Below are positions 28,698 to 40,819 of a DNA stretch of 64,000 nucleotides, in pieces. Numbering within the stretch: position 1 is the first letter of the stretch; each line of letters begins with the position of its first letter. The DNA lies in contig CAMDWM010000002.1 in NCBI GenBank assembly GCA_945878755.1, positions 75-64,074 of the forward strand, written 5' to 3'. Made by a program: the position numbers and the translations under genes. The notes under the pieces were generated by a model. The model was not told where the DNA came from. It searched no databases and saw only the letters and a list, made by a program, of their open reading frames with translations. The stretch is from Akkermansia muciniphila (GTDB taxonomy: Bacteria > Verrucomicrobiota > Verrucomicrobiia > Opitutales > UBA953).

Positions 28698-29360
28698 TTA
28701 CCCCTGCTTGGTGGCGTGTTTTTCTGCCTCAGCCACCACCGACGCGGTGTGTCTACGTAAGGCTGAATCTGGGTCGATACCAGCGTCGCGACAGGCAGCG
28801 ATAAGTTCAAAAAGTTTCTGACCAGCGGCAGCTTCGGAGAGACCCTGGGCGGCGGCGGCGACCGCTGGACGGTCTACCGTTGAACCCGTTTCGAGCGCTT
28901 TCTTCTGCACCTGCTTCCAAATCTCGCGGGCGGTCAGCACTGGATTGAGGGTCGGTGGCAGTTCCTTGAAGAGGGTCGGCTTCTTGGCACCCTTCTCCTT
29001 GAGTTTAATCTGCTCCCACTGTTTAACGACGGCCTCCGAGTCGCCCAGTTTGACGCCATCACCAAAGACGTGGGGGTGGCGGCGTACCATCTTATCGTTT
29101 ACCTCACGGGCGACGTCATCGAAAGTGAACTTGCCTGCTTCCGACGCCATTTGGGCATGGAGGACGACGTGGAATAAGAGGTCTCCGAGTTCCTCCCGGA
29201 GGTTGGCATCGTCATGACGGTCGATGGCCTGCAGAAGTTCACAGACTTCCTCGACGAGGCAGTCGCAAATTGTCTGGTGCGTCTGCTCACGATCCCAAGG
29301 GCAACCATCGGGGGCACGGAGCCGGGAGGTGGTCGCGAGAAGGAGGTCGATGCCAAGCAT
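28698..29360 (-). CDS. mazG: MazG-type nucleoside triphosphate pyrophosphohydrolase
   Basis: 220 aa. Contains CPWDREQTHQTI and EELGDLLFHVV (the EExxE/D metal site). Confidence 0.85.
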   Translation of the reverse strand: MLGIDLLLATTSRLRAPDGCPWDREQTHQTICDCLVEEVCELLQAIDRHDDANLREELGDLLFHVVLHAQMASEAGKFTFDDVAREVNDKMVRRHPHVFGDGVKLGDSEAVVKQWEQIKLKEKGAKKPTLFKELPPTLNPVLTAREIWKQVQKKALETGSTVDRPAVAAAAQGLSEAAAGQKLFELIAACRDAGIDPDSALRRHTASVVAEAEKHATKQG

Positions 29361-29434
29361 GCCCCGATGGAGAGGGTTCTGGCGGGGGAGTCAAAACGAT
29401 TGCCAGACGGCTTGGTCTCGTTTCCGTTGTGTGG

Positions 29435-30226
29435 GTGGACAAACTGACGGAAATCATGGACGCCAAGCGCCGGGAAATCGCCCCGTTCGCTCGCCCCGTC
29501 ACGGAAGCTGAACTAGCGGCTTTCGCTGGTCGTTCCAGTTTGCCTGGCTTCCGGCAGTCCCTGCACGTCCCCGGTCGGCTCACGGTCATCGCTGAGGTTA
29601 AGCGGGCTTCGCCCAGCGTCGGGATGATTCGTGCAGAAGTCGACGCGGTCGTCCAAGCTCGCCTATACGCTGAGGCGGGGGCGGAGTGTCTGTCAGTCCT
29701 GACCGAATTCACCTACTTCAAGGGCCAATTGCTGGACCTCGTTGCGGTGGTTCAAGATCAAGCCAAGCTCTCCGTCCCCCGCCCATGCATCCGGAAGGAT
29801 TTCATGGTGCACCCTTATCAGGTGCTCGAGGCCGCCCAAGCCGGCGCCCGGTGTATTCTAATTATCGTTCGCGGCCTAACGGACGACGAGATTCGCCCGA
29901 TTCATGCGGCTGCCAAGCTAGCAGGCATGGATACACTCTTTGAGGTGCACGATGAAGCCGAACTCGAACGCGCCTTACGCCATGACCCTGACATGGTCGG
30001 CGTCAACAACCGCAACCTGTCGACCTTCCAGATTGATTTAAGTTTTGCGGAACGCGTTATCCCGCAGATGCCAGCGCACATCCTCAAGGTGGCGGAAAGC
30101 GGTATCAAGACAGCCGAAGATGCCGCTCGGATGCGGTCCGCTGGTGCCCAGGCTTTGCTCGTGGGTGAATCTTTGATGCGGGTGGAAAATCCAGCGGCAC
30201 TCCTGCAGGCTTTTCGCGGCCGATGA
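29435..30226 (+). CDS. trpC: Indole-3-glycerol phosphate synthase
   Basis: Contains IAEVKRASPS, the TEFTYFKG region and NNRNL. Start placed at the GTG at 29435 (VDKLTEIMDAKRREI). An ATG at 29456 is the alternative. The track ORF start overlaps mazG. Confidence 0.85.
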   Translation: MDKLTEIMDAKRREIAPFARPVTEAELAAFAGRSSLPGFRQSLHVPGRLTVIAEVKRASPSVGMIRAEVDAVVQARLYAEAGAECLSVLTEFTYFKGQLLDLVAVVQDQAKLSVPRPCIRKDFMVHPYQVLEAAQAGARCILIIVRGLTDDEIRPIHAAAKLAGMDTLFEVHDEAELERALRHDPDMVGVNNRNLSTFQIDLSFAERVIPQMPAHILKVAESGIKTAEDAARMRSAGAQALLVGESLMRVENPAALLQAFRGR

Positions 30227-31056
30227 ACGACGGCCCCTTGTCGCAGACCGAAACCCGCGAGCTGCTCGCGCGGCTGTCCCATATGCCCAAGAAGTGGCTG
30301 GGGCAGAACTTTCTCATCGACGGGAACATCGTCCGGAAGTCCTTGGAGCTCGCTGAGATTAAGGCCGGCGAGCGGGTGCTGGAAATCGGGCCCGGCCTCG
30401 GGACCTTGACGCGCACCTTATTGGGCGCGGGCGTTGAACTCCATGCCGTCGAAGCCGACCCAACGATGGTCTATCACCTTAAGCAGTCGTTGTTGTCCCG
30501 TTGGCCGCAAACTTTTCATCTCATAGAGGCAGATGCGGTCGAAAAGCCCTTGGCTGACTTGGGACAACCAGCGGATGGATCCTTCAAGGTCGTGGCCAAT
30601 CTCCCTTACGCCATCTCCACCCCGTGGATGGACGCCATCTGCGCTGGTCCTCATCCTGAAATCATGGTGCTCATGCTGCAGCGAGAAGCCGCCGATCGCC
30701 TCACCGCTGAAGTCGGCACCAAGCATTGGTCAGCGGTGACTGCCCAAGTCGCCTTGGCTTTCGAAAAGGTAAAAATGCACCCAGTCCCTGGGCAGTCCTT
30801 TAACCCGCCCCCCAAGGTGGATTCGTGCCTACTGGTCCTCCGTCGGCGCCCAGATGCTCAGAGATTTAGTGCCCGTGCCCGTGAGGTTTCCCGTGCCCTC
30901 TTTACCCAACGGCGTAAGCAAATCGGTTCTTCGGCCAAGAACCTCTTCCCCGAGGCACCCGATGTGCGCGCTTGGCTTGCGGCCCTTCCAAACTTTGGCC
31001 TGACCACCCTAGCCCGCCCCGAAGACATTCCCGCGGCGGTCTGGCTTAAACTCTAA
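30223..31056 (+). CDS. rsmA: 16S rRNA (adenine1518/1519-N6)-dimethyltransferase
   Basis: 277 aa. Contains LGQNFLID, EIGPGLGTLT and NLPY. The start overlaps the trpC stop (ATGA). Confidence 0.9.
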   Translation: MNDGPLSQTETRELLARLSHMPKKWLGQNFLIDGNIVRKSLELAEIKAGERVLEIGPGLGTLTRTLLGAGVELHAVEADPTMVYHLKQSLLSRWPQTFHLIEADAVEKPLADLGQPADGSFKVVANLPYAISTPWMDAICAGPHPEIMVLMLQREAADRLTAEVGTKHWSAVTAQVALAFEKVKMHPVPGQSFNPPPKVDSCLLVLRRRPDAQRFSARAREVSRALFTQRRKQIGSSAKNLFPEAPDVRAWLAALPNFGLTTLARPEDIPAAVWLKL

Positions 31057-31102
31057 ACCCCGGAAGGTTGCTTTTTGGGGCCAAGGTGGTCTTTCTGTAC
31101 CT

Positions 31103-32482
31103 ATGTCCGTTAAAGTAGGCCTAGTCTCCCTTGGTTGTGCCAAGAACCTGATCGATTCCGAAATCATGATCGGTCACCTCGCGAAGGCTGGCATGACCAT
31201 GACCGCTAATGCCGCCGATGCCGATGTGGTGATCGTTAATACCTGCTCTTTCATCGACGCCTCCAAGCACGAGGCCCTCGAGGCCATCTACGAGATGAGC
31301 GATGGCAAGGCCACCGCCCGTAAAAAGAACCAGAAGCTCATCGTTGCTGGCTGCATGTCGCAGCGTTATCAAGGTGCCCTGCCCGTTGTCGAAGGCGCTA
31401 AGGGGCACATCGAGCTCCCGAAAGTCGACGCCTATATCGGCCTGGATCAGGTCACCAATATCGTCCCAGTCATCCATAAGGTCATGGGGGGCGAGGCTGG
31501 CATGACGGAGTTCTTGTCGAAGACGACGACGTTCATTCCCGACTACGATACGCCGCGTTTCCGTCTGACCCCCAAGCATTCGGCCTACATCAAGATCGCC
31601 GAAGGCTGCAACCACCCCTGCACTTTCTGCATTATTCCACGCATCCGTGGTCGCCACCGGAGCCGCACCGTGGAGTCCGTCGTCAAGGAAGCCCAGCAGC
31701 TCGTCGGGGAAGGCGTCAAGGAGCTTAACTTAATCTCCCAGGACACCACCTACTTCGGCATGGATCGCTGGACCGAGGAGCGTCCGAACCCACGCAGTAA
31801 GGTCGATTCGTCCAAAGGGGAATCCATCGCCTCCCTGCTCCGTGAAATCGACGCGATCCCCGGTGACTATTGGATCCGATTGCTCTACACGCACCCGGCG
31901 CACTGGAGCGAGGAGCTGATTGAGACGATCGCGCAGTCCAAGCATGTCGCCCGCTACGTCGACATTCCGCTCCAACACATCTCGAGCAAGATGCTCACCA
32001 CCATGCAGCGTGAGACCAGCGGCGATTACATCCGCGACCTCATCCGCCGCATGCGGGTCGGGGTGCCGGACATGGCCATCCGGACGACCTTCATCGTCGG
32101 CTTCCCCGGCGAGACCGAAGAGGACTTCGTAGAGCTGCTCGCTTTCCTCGAAGCCACCCGCTTTGACCGCGTTGGCGTTTTTAAGTATTCCAAGGAAGAA
32201 GGCACCAAGGCCGCCAAGATGGAGGGCCACCTCTCCGACGAAGTGAAGGCTGATCGTTATGATCGAGCGATGACCCTCCTCCAGCGCCTTTCGCAGGAAC
32301 GCGGTGAGCGTTTCATCGGACGCAAACTACGCGTCCTCGTTGAGAGCCCAGGCATTGGCCGCAGCGAAGGCGACGCCATGGATATTGACGGAACGGTGAA
32401 GGTGCCGAAGAAGCTACCGGTGGGCGAGTTTGCGGAAGTGACGGTGACCGGCGCCGAGGCTTACGACCTCATCGCGAAGTAA
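31103..32482 (+). CDS. rimO: Ribosomal protein S12 methylthiotransferase
   Basis: 459 aa. N-terminal UPF0004 Cys motif SLGCAKN. Radical-SAM motif CNHPCTFC. C-terminal TRAM domain. Confidence 0.9.
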   Translation: MSVKVGLVSLGCAKNLIDSEIMIGHLAKAGMTMTANAADADVVIVNTCSFIDASKHEALEAIYEMSDGKATARKKNQKLIVAGCMSQRYQGALPVVEGAKGHIELPKVDAYIGLDQVTNIVPVIHKVMGGEAGMTEFLSKTTTFIPDYDTPRFRLTPKHSAYIKIAEGCNHPCTFCIIPRIRGRHRSRTVESVVKEAQQLVGEGVKELNLISQDTTYFGMDRWTEERPNPRSKVDSSKGESIASLLREIDAIPGDYWIRLLYTHPAHWSEELIETIAQSKHVARYVDIPLQHISSKMLTTMQRETSGDYIRDLIRRMRVGVPDMAIRTTFIVGFPGETEEDFVELLAFLEATRFDRVGVFKYSKEEGTKAAKMEGHLSDEVKADRYDRAMTLLQRLSQERGERFIGRKLRVLVESPGIGRSEGDAMDIDGTVKVPKKLPVGEFAEVTVTGAEAYDLIAK

Positions 32483-32483
32483 C

Positions 32484-34997
32484 TCAGGTTTCCTGTTCGC
32501 GTTCGGGGGCAACTTCCGCCGAGGCTTCGGCCGCGGGCGAATCGCTCAGGCGAATGAGTGCGTCCAAGGATGAGAAGTGACGCGTCCAGTCCGTCATGTC
32601 TGGGATGTCCCCCACCACCGCCGAGAAGAGCTCCCGCTTCTCCTGCTTGAGTTCTTCGATACGTTCCTCGACCGTGCCCGGGGCAATCATGCGATAGATG
32701 AAGACCGAATTCTTTTGCCCGATGCGGTGGACGCGGTCGACGGCCTGGGCCTCCACGGCCGGATTCCACCAAGGGTCGAGTAGGAACACGTACTCCGCCG
32801 TATTGAGAGTAATCCCAGTCCCGCCTGCCTTCAGCGACGCCAAGAACAAGGCTGGGCCCTTGGTGTCCTTAAACCGTTCAACGGGTGCAGAGCGATCCTT
32901 GGTCTCACCCGTCAGTTCGAAGATAGGCAGATTCGGGAGGTCGCGGGCCAAGGCTTTCTTGACGCGTTCGATCAGCGAAACGAACTGGGAGAACACGACC
33001 GCCTTCGAGCCGTTAGCGGCCACTTCCGCGAGCTTTGAGACCAAGAGCGTCACTTTGCCGGAGTGGGCGCTCGGACAGCCAGAGTTATCCGGCAAGAGGC
33101 CCGGGTCGCAACAGACCTGCCGTAACCGCATGAGCAAGGTTAAGACCGAGGTAGCGTCCCGAGACAACAGGCTGGCGAGTTCACCCGAGAGTCCGCTGCC
33201 TTGGGTGAGATGTTGGTAGAGCGCCCGTTGCTCGTGCGTGAGAGGACAAGGGAGGACGATTTCCACTTTGGGGGGGATGTCCGCAGCGACGTGACGCTTG
33301 AGGCGGCGCAGAATGAACGGGGAAACCTGTCGGCGTATTTTGACTAGGCCTGCGGAGGGGTCACGCAGCATGATGCGTTCAAAGTTGGCACGCTTGCCGA
33401 GCAAGCCCGGCATGAGGAATCGAAAAATAGTCCAGAGGTCGGTAGGACGGTTCTCCAAAGGTGTCCCCGTGATGGCGATACGGTGATCGGCCTGCACGGA
33501 CAAACAAGTCTGCGTGGTCTTCGACTCCGGATTCTTGATGGCCTGTGCCTCGTCCAGAATAGCGTAACCAAACTTGGTCTTCTCGAGGAGGTTGGCGTGG
33601 CGGCGAAGCTGCGTGTAGCTTGAGATCCAAAGTTTCTCTTCGGGGTGTTTGGCGAAGTCGTTATCCGCGGTCAGCACCGAAGCGGACAACTCCGGGTGAA
33701 AGCGTTTGATTTCACCGAGCCAGACCGGAATCACGCTGGCCGGGCAGACGATGAGGGAACGTTCGCCCGCAGGTCGCGACGCTAAGAGCGCTAACACCTG
33801 CACGGTCTTACCAAGGCCCATCTCGTCGGCCAGTAGCGGGTGGGAACCAAGGTCACAGAGCCGGCCGAGCCACGTGACGCCCTTGGCCTGATAAGGCCGC
33901 AGGTATTGCGGAAGGTTGTCAGGCGGGATCGGTTCCTGCAGCAGTTGGTCCTTCCAAGCGCGGAGGTCCTCGTTGAGCCGCAGGGCGCCCACGGCGGCAT
34001 GATCAAACAACGACAACAGCAAGTAACGCGGCACTTCCCCGTCCTTGGCCTTCCAGTCTTCGGAGAAATCCGCCACCGCCGCGTTATAAGCTACGACGCC
34101 CTTACCCGGCAAAATGACCGGACGCCCGCCCGCCTTGAGGAGAAGCTTCTGTTCGTGGCTTTGCAGCTGGTGGCTCCCCGCCTTGAGTCGCCAATTCAGG
34201 CGAAAGGACTTCCCGTCGGCCCCGGATTCAGCTTCGGCGTCCACGGCAACCTGGAGCTGCTCGTTGCGGAAGATATTTAGACCTTCTTCCCCCTGCAGCT
34301 TAAAGCGTTTCCGCCACTCGTTGAGGTCTTCGCGGACAAAGCGCTCGATTCGGCCGATATTATCCATCGCCCAGGTCCCGACAGTCTTGCTGTAGGCATA
34401 GCCAGCGCGATGGGCGACCGTACTGAAGCGAAAGAGCGTTTGGCGCTGTTCATCGGACAACTCATCGCCCGGGATGGAGCCAGGCCCGAAGCAATTCCAG
34501 GAATGTCCGCCTCGGCCAGTCCAGGCAGCCGAAGCCGTGAGGCCTTCAGAGGTCAGGTCAAATGATACCTGTAGCTTGAGGGCCGTCCGCCCGCCGTTAT
34601 CCTTGGGTTCCGGTTTAGCGATGGGTGCGATTTCGGCAGCGGGGGCGGTGTCGTCGACGGCTTTGATTTCGTCGGCAAGAAGTTCCTCAACCTCATACAT
34701 CGTGGCGACCGCGAATGGTGCACCATTTTCTTCTTCGGGCAAAGAGGTCCGCCACTCGATTGCGCCGTCACGGAGTTCAATGACCGCCCGCACGGTCTGG
34801 GTTTCGGACTTAGTCACACCCTCGGCTGATGTCGGTTTAAGTTCGAGCGTTCGGACCAATCCCTCGGTGTAAAGTCGGCGGCCTTCTTCGAGGTCATCCG
34901 ATTTAAACACAGCTTCCCAGTCCTCCGGAAGGTTCCCGAACCAGTGTTCGAGGGCTTCCGTGGAATAGGAGCGGTTTGCCGGTCTTGGGGTAGACAT
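32484..34997 (-). CDS. SNF2-family DEAD/DEAH-box helicase
   Basis: Start chosen at MSTPRPAN (837 aa). Motif I LADEMGLGKT, motif II ILDEAQAIKN, and the C-terminal helicase domain (QAVDRVHRIGQ). Confidence 0.85.
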   Translation of the reverse strand: MSTPRPANRSYSTEALEHWFGNLPEDWEAVFKSDDLEEGRRLYTEGLVRTLELKPTSAEGVTKSETQTVRAVIELRDGAIEWRTSLPEEENGAPFAVATMYEVEELLADEIKAVDDTAPAAEIAPIAKPEPKDNGGRTALKLQVSFDLTSEGLTASAAWTGRGGHSWNCFGPGSIPGDELSDEQRQTLFRFSTVAHRAGYAYSKTVGTWAMDNIGRIERFVREDLNEWRKRFKLQGEEGLNIFRNEQLQVAVDAEAESGADGKSFRLNWRLKAGSHQLQSHEQKLLLKAGGRPVILPGKGVVAYNAAVADFSEDWKAKDGEVPRYLLLSLFDHAAVGALRLNEDLRAWKDQLLQEPIPPDNLPQYLRPYQAKGVTWLGRLCDLGSHPLLADEMGLGKTVQVLALLASRPAGERSLIVCPASVIPVWLGEIKRFHPELSASVLTADNDFAKHPEEKLWISSYTQLRRHANLLEKTKFGYAILDEAQAIKNPESKTTQTCLSVQADHRIAITGTPLENRPTDLWTIFRFLMPGLLGKRANFERIMLRDPSAGLVKIRRQVSPFILRRLKRHVAADIPPKVEIVLPCPLTHEQRALYQHLTQGSGLSGELASLLSRDATSVLTLLMRLRQVCCDPGLLPDNSGCPSAHSGKVTLLVSKLAEVAANGSKAVVFSQFVSLIERVKKALARDLPNLPIFELTGETKDRSAPVERFKDTKGPALFLASLKAGGTGITLNTAEYVFLLDPWWNPAVEAQAVDRVHRIGQKNSVFIYRMIAPGTVEERIEELKQEKRELFSAVVGDIPDMTDWTRHFSSLDALIRLSDSPAAEASAEVAPEREQET

Positions 34998-35129
34998 CGA
35001 CGTTTTTGTGATTAAACCTCGCCATTTAGAACGACGCAACGCCCAAAGTCCTGTATTTTAGGCGGGGTCTGGGCTTGTTTCAATATGTCCAAAGGGTTTA
35101 CTGATAGCCTCTCTTTATCTGTAACTTAA

Positions 35130-37859
35130 ATGAAACATCTGAGTGTTGGATCACGCTGGAACGCCGACTTGGTCGCTGAGTACCACGAGCGTTGGAAACA
35201 AGACCCGCAATCGGTCGAGGCGGATTGGCGCGCCTTCTTCGAAGGCTTTGAGCTCGGGCTCTCGCTTCCGCCTAAGACTGCTAAAGGCGGGCCCGTGGTG
35301 GCGGGTTCGGCCGTCGATGCTGCCGGCCAATTCAAGGTTTTCGCTGCCATTCACGCCTATCGCACGTTGGCTCATCTGCAGGCCAAGACCAACCCGTTGG
35401 CTACCCCTTCCCCTTACTTCGAACTGACGGACAAGGCTTTGGGGCTCGATACCCTGCCCCCAACCCAAACTTTTTATACGGCGGATTTCGTGGGAGGCCA
35501 GATGCTGCCGGTCTCGGAGATTCTCGCGAAGTTGAAGGACACCTATTGCGGGCCGATTGGCGTGGAATACACCCACATCCAAGACGGCTCCCGTCGTCGC
35601 TGGCTTCAGGAACGCATCGAAACTTGTGGCCTCCGTCCGGCCTATGACGATGCCGCTCGTCGCAGTTTCCTTCGCGTCATTGTCCAGGCCGAACAGTTTG
35701 AGCGTTTCTTGCACAAAACTTTTGTCGGTGCTAAGCGTTTCTCGGTCGAAGGGGGCGAAACCTTGCTCGTCGCGCTGGAGCGCCTAATCAGCCGTTCGCC
35801 TGGCCTCGGCATTAGCGATATCGTCATCGGCATGGCCCACCGCGGCCGACTCAACGTTCTCGTCAATACCTGTGGAAAGAAGTCCGAACACCTCTTCGAA
35901 GGGTTCTCCGAGCATCACATCCCTGACACCACGAATGGTGACGGCGACGTCAAGTATCACCTCGGCTACGAAGGTGAACGTACGATCGACGGGAAGAAAG
36001 TCGCCATTACGTTAGCCTATAACCCGAGTCACCTCGAAGCCGTCAACCCGGTTGTGCTCGGCCGGACCCGCGCCCGTGTTGACCTGCAAGGCGACGGCAA
36101 GCGCTCCTCGGCCCTCCCTGTCCTCATCCACGGCGATGCGGCGTTCGCTGGCCAAGGCATCGTGATGGAGACCTTTAATTTTGCGAACGTCAAAGGGTAC
36201 GCTGTCGGTGGCACCGTGCACATCGTGACGAACAACCAACTCGGTTTCACCACCGACCCCGAGGAAGCCCGCAGTGGTCGTCATTGTACGGAAATCGCTA
36301 AGTTCGCGGAAGCCCCCATTTTACACGTCAACGGCGATGATCCTGATGCCGTCGTTCTCGCGACTGAAATCGCACTCGAGTATCGCCAGCAGTTTGCCGC
36401 CGACGCCGTCGTCGACATTGTCTGCTACCGTCGCTACGGCCACAACGAAACGGACGAGCCGGCGTTCACTCAGCCCGTCCTCTACCGCACGATTTCCAAC
36501 CACTCGAGCCTCTCCGAACTCTACGCTTCGCGTCTCACCACTTGTGGCTCCGCCCCTGATGGCGAGCTCACTAGCCTGCGTACGGAATTTGAAGTCATGC
36601 TCAACGCCGCGCAGGAACGTGCCAAGGTGGCCATCGCCAAGGAAATCACCGATCGCGAAAAGACCCCCGCCACCGTCCGTCCGTTCCAGTCTCCCTACGA
36701 CGCGAAGGTAGATACAACCGTGCCAGAGGCCTTACTCCAAAAGGTCGCGCCCGCCCTTTGGACGATGCCGCCCGATTTCGCTCCTAATCCAAAGATTAAG
36801 CGCCTGCTCGAGGCGAAGGCCGAGGCCTTTAAGTCAGGCGCCAACTTCGACTGGAGCCTCGGTGAAGGTCTCGCCTTCGCCTCGTTACTAGCCGAAGGCT
36901 ATCCGATCCGGATTTCTGGCCAGGATTGTGAACGTGGTACCTTCTCGCACCGTCATGCCGTCCTGCACGACCCTTCGAACGACGCCGAATACTGCCCACT
37001 GAATGCCGTGAGCGGTGGTGAATCCATCGAGCTCGTCAACTCCACCCTCTCGGAATACGCGGTTCTAGGCTTCGATTATGGCTATTCGCTCGAAGCGCCT
37101 GATTCGCTCGTAATCTGGGAAGCGCAGTTCGGTGACTTCGGGAACGGCGCCCAGATCATGATTGATCAGTTCATCGCCTCGGCGGAAACTAAGTGGGGCC
37201 AGACGAGTGGGCTAGTCATGCTTTTGCCGCACGGTTTCGAAGGCCAAGGCCCCGAGCACTCCTCGGCTCGCCTCGAGCGCTTCCTTCAACTCTGCGCTGA
37301 AAACAACCTCCAAGTCGTCCAGCCGTCAACGCCGGCCCAACTCTTCCATGCCCTTCGCCGGCAGGTGAAGGCCGAGCATCGTAAGCCCCTGGTCGTCATG
37401 ACGCCCAAGAGCTTACTGCGTCACAAGGCCTGCGTGAGCACTTTGAGTGACCTGACTCAGGGCAGCTTCGAAGGTATCCTCGCCGATCCGACGCCAGCGG
37501 CCAAGACGGAGCGCTTGGTCCTTTGCTCCGGCAAGGTATTCTACGAACTCGACGCCGAGCGCACCACCCGTAAGGACACAGCCACTACGATTGTCCGCGT
37601 GGAACAATTCTATCCCTTCGACGCGGCCGCCGTGAAGAAGCTCCACGCACACTACGGCTCGCCGGCCAAGGTCGTGTGGGTCCAAGATGAGCCCCAGAAC
37701 ATGGCTGGCTGGTCCTTCATTGCCCCCTTGGTCGAGTCCACGATCGGTATCCGTCCAGTCTATGCCGGTCGCGATAGTGCCGCCTCCCCAGCGGTGGGTG
37801 CGCTCTCCGTCCACAAGGTCGAGCAGGCGGACGTCATCCGGCAGGCTTTTAATGCCTAA
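35130..37859 (+). CDS. sucA: 2-oxoglutarate dehydrogenase E1 component
   Basis: 909 aa. Contains GMAHRGRLNVL, HGDAAFAGQG and LLPHGFEGQGPEHSS. Confidence 0.95.
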   Translation: MKHLSVGSRWNADLVAEYHERWKQDPQSVEADWRAFFEGFELGLSLPPKTAKGGPVVAGSAVDAAGQFKVFAAIHAYRTLAHLQAKTNPLATPSPYFELTDKALGLDTLPPTQTFYTADFVGGQMLPVSEILAKLKDTYCGPIGVEYTHIQDGSRRRWLQERIETCGLRPAYDDAARRSFLRVIVQAEQFERFLHKTFVGAKRFSVEGGETLLVALERLISRSPGLGISDIVIGMAHRGRLNVLVNTCGKKSEHLFEGFSEHHIPDTTNGDGDVKYHLGYEGERTIDGKKVAITLAYNPSHLEAVNPVVLGRTRARVDLQGDGKRSSALPVLIHGDAAFAGQGIVMETFNFANVKGYAVGGTVHIVTNNQLGFTTDPEEARSGRHCTEIAKFAEAPILHVNGDDPDAVVLATEIALEYRQQFAADAVVDIVCYRRYGHNETDEPAFTQPVLYRTISNHSSLSELYASRLTTCGSAPDGELTSLRTEFEVMLNAAQERAKVAIAKEITDREKTPATVRPFQSPYDAKVDTTVPEALLQKVAPALWTMPPDFAPNPKIKRLLEAKAEAFKSGANFDWSLGEGLAFASLLAEGYPIRISGQDCERGTFSHRHAVLHDPSNDAEYCPLNAVSGGESIELVNSTLSEYAVLGFDYGYSLEAPDSLVIWEAQFGDFGNGAQIMIDQFIASAETKWGQTSGLVMLLPHGFEGQGPEHSSARLERFLQLCAENNLQVVQPSTPAQLFHALRRQVKAEHRKPLVVMTPKSLLRHKACVSTLSDLTQGSFEGILADPTPAAKTERLVLCSGKVFYELDAERTTRKDTATTIVRVEQFYPFDAAAVKKLHAHYGSPAKVVWVQDEPQNMAGWSFIAPLVESTIGIRPVYAGRDSAASPAVGALSVHKVEQADVIRQAFNA

Positions 37860-37995
37860 ATTTAGACATTAGCCTGCCACAAAGCCTCGGTTTAGGTAGC
37901 TTAGACCCCTCAAAGGTGGGGAAGAAGCCGATTAAAGGCATATTTCCCCGTTGAAACGCCCACGGGGGGCTTCCAAAGTCCATCACTTACTTTTC

Positions 37996-39273
37996 ATGGC
38001 TGTCGAAGTCAAAATCCCCCCCATGGGAGAATCCATTACCGGAGGTCTCCTTGCATCTTGGACCGTTAAGAGCGGCGACGCTGTCCGCAAAGGGCAGCCA
38101 CTCTTCTCTTACGAGACCGACAAAGTCACTTCCGAAGGCACGGCCGAGGTGGATGGCTGTATCACGATCGGCGTACCCGCTGGCACCGAAGTCTTGGTGG
38201 GGCAAGTCATTGCGACGATTGAAGCTGGCGCCGCTGGTGCCGCCCCCGCCCCTGCCGCCGCTGCGCCTAAGGCTGTATCCGAAAAGTCGGTAGCACCCGC
38301 TACGCCTAACCCGGCCCCTGTGCTCGCGAAGTCTGGTGCCTCCGCCGAAATCTCGCCTGCTGTTCGGCGGATTTCTGCTGAGACTGGCCTTAACCCTGCG
38401 TCGATTCCTGGCTCCGGCAAGGCTGGTCGCGTCACTAAGGGCGACATGCTCGCCGCCCTCGAAGGCAAGACGCCCATCATGGCCGTCGCATCGGCTCCGG
38501 TCGCCAGCGCACCGGCTACGCCGGCCACGCTGACAGCGGCGCCGGCTGGCCCAGTGACGATTCCTTCGCGCGAAGGCCGCACGACGCGTAAGCGCATGTC
38601 CCCTTTGCGTCGGAAGATTGCCGAGCGGCTGGTCCAAGCGAAGTCCGAGACGGCGATGCTCACGACCTTCAATGAGGTGAACATGGCCCCGGTCATGGAA
38701 CTACGTAAGCGTCATGGGGAGGAATTCCTTAAGAAATACGGGGTTAAACTCGGTTTCATGTCCTTCTTTGTGAAGGCCGCCGTGCAGGCACTCAAGGATG
38801 TGCGGGCAGTCAATGCGCAGCTCGACGGCGAAGAAATCGTCGAAAATAATTTTTATGATATCGGCGTAGCCGTTGGCACCGAGAAGGGCCTGATGGTCCC
38901 GGTCGTCCGCGATTGCGATGCACTCGGCTTCGCGGGAATCGAGAAAGCGATCACCGACTACGGTAAGCGCGCCCGCGACGGCAAGATTCAGCTGCCTGAA
39001 CTACAAGGCGGCGTCTTCACCATTTCTAACGGCGGCATCTATGGTTCGATGCTGTCCACGCCGATTCTTAATCATCCGCAGGCAGCCATCATGGGACTCC
39101 ATAACATCGTCGAGCGCCCGGTCGCTGAAAACGGTCAGGTCGTCATCCGCCCGATCATGTACCTCGCCCTCTCGTACGACCACCGCATCATCGATGGCAA
39201 AGAAGCCGTGACGTTCCTCGTCAAGGTGCGTCAGTACATCGAAGAGCCCCATACCCTGCTCTTCGGAGCCTAA
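37996..39273 (+). CDS. sucB: Dihydrolipoyllysine-residue succinyltransferase (E2 of 2-oxoglutarate dehydrogenase)
   Basis: Start at [14 protein letters not shown] (425 aa). Lipoyl motif ETDKV. Ala/Pro linkers and a subunit-binding domain are present. Catalytic motif [10 protein letters not shown]. Confidence 0.9.
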   Translation: MAVEVKIPPMGESITGGLLASWTVKSGDAVRKGQPLFSYETDKVTSEGTAEVDGCITIGVPAGTEVLVGQVIATIEAGAAGAAPAPAAAAPKAVSEKSVAPATPNPAPVLAKSGASAEISPAVRRISAETGLNPASIPGSGKAGRVTKGDMLAALEGKTPIMAVASAPVASAPATPATLTAAPAGPVTIPSREGRTTRKRMSPLRRKIAERLVQAKSETAMLTTFNEVNMAPVMELRKRHGEEFLKKYGVKLGFMSFFVKAAVQALKDVRAVNAQLDGEEIVENNFYDIGVAVGTEKGLMVPVVRDCDALGFAGIEKAITDYGKRARDGKIQLPELQGGVFTISNGGIYGSMLSTPILNHPQAAIMGLHNIVERPVAENGQVVIRPIMYLALSYDHRIIDGKEAVTFLVKVRQYIEEPHTLLFGA

Positions 39274-39292
39274 TCCCTTTTTCTACACCTCA

Positions 39293-40696
<1,404 letters not shown>

Positions 40697-40720
40697 GTTC
40701 GGACATCGGACTTAACGAAC

Positions 40721-40752
40721 GAAAGGGTGCAATTCGCACTCTTTCCTGTTTT
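40721..40752 (+). terminator. Rho-independent terminator after lpdA
   Basis: GAAAGGGTGC-AATTC-GCACTCTTTC (a 10-bp stem with one G-U pair) is followed by CTGTTTT, 25 nt after the lpdA stop. Confidence 0.6.
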
Positions 40753-40819
40753 AGAATTTGTTTCCGTCATTAAGCCGGCAAAGGCAAACCTAGTGCCCTG
40801 TTTAAGGGCTTAAAAGTTA

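Noticed and set aside
32484-34997. The SNF2 helicase as the core of a defence system (DISARM, Zorya or BREX-like).
   Set aside because: No partner genes are adjacent: no methyltransferase, PLD nuclease, DUF1998 or other helicase-associated gene. It is flanked by rimO and sucA, and there is no mobile-element or composition signal. It looks like a stand-alone RapA/SWI2-type housekeeping helicase.
38200-38560. Repetitive Ala/Pro-rich coding DNA inside sucB ([14 protein letters not shown] and [22 protein letters not shown]).
   Set aside because: These are the normal flexible linkers between the lipoyl, subunit-binding and catalytic domains of E2 proteins. They are not a repeat element.
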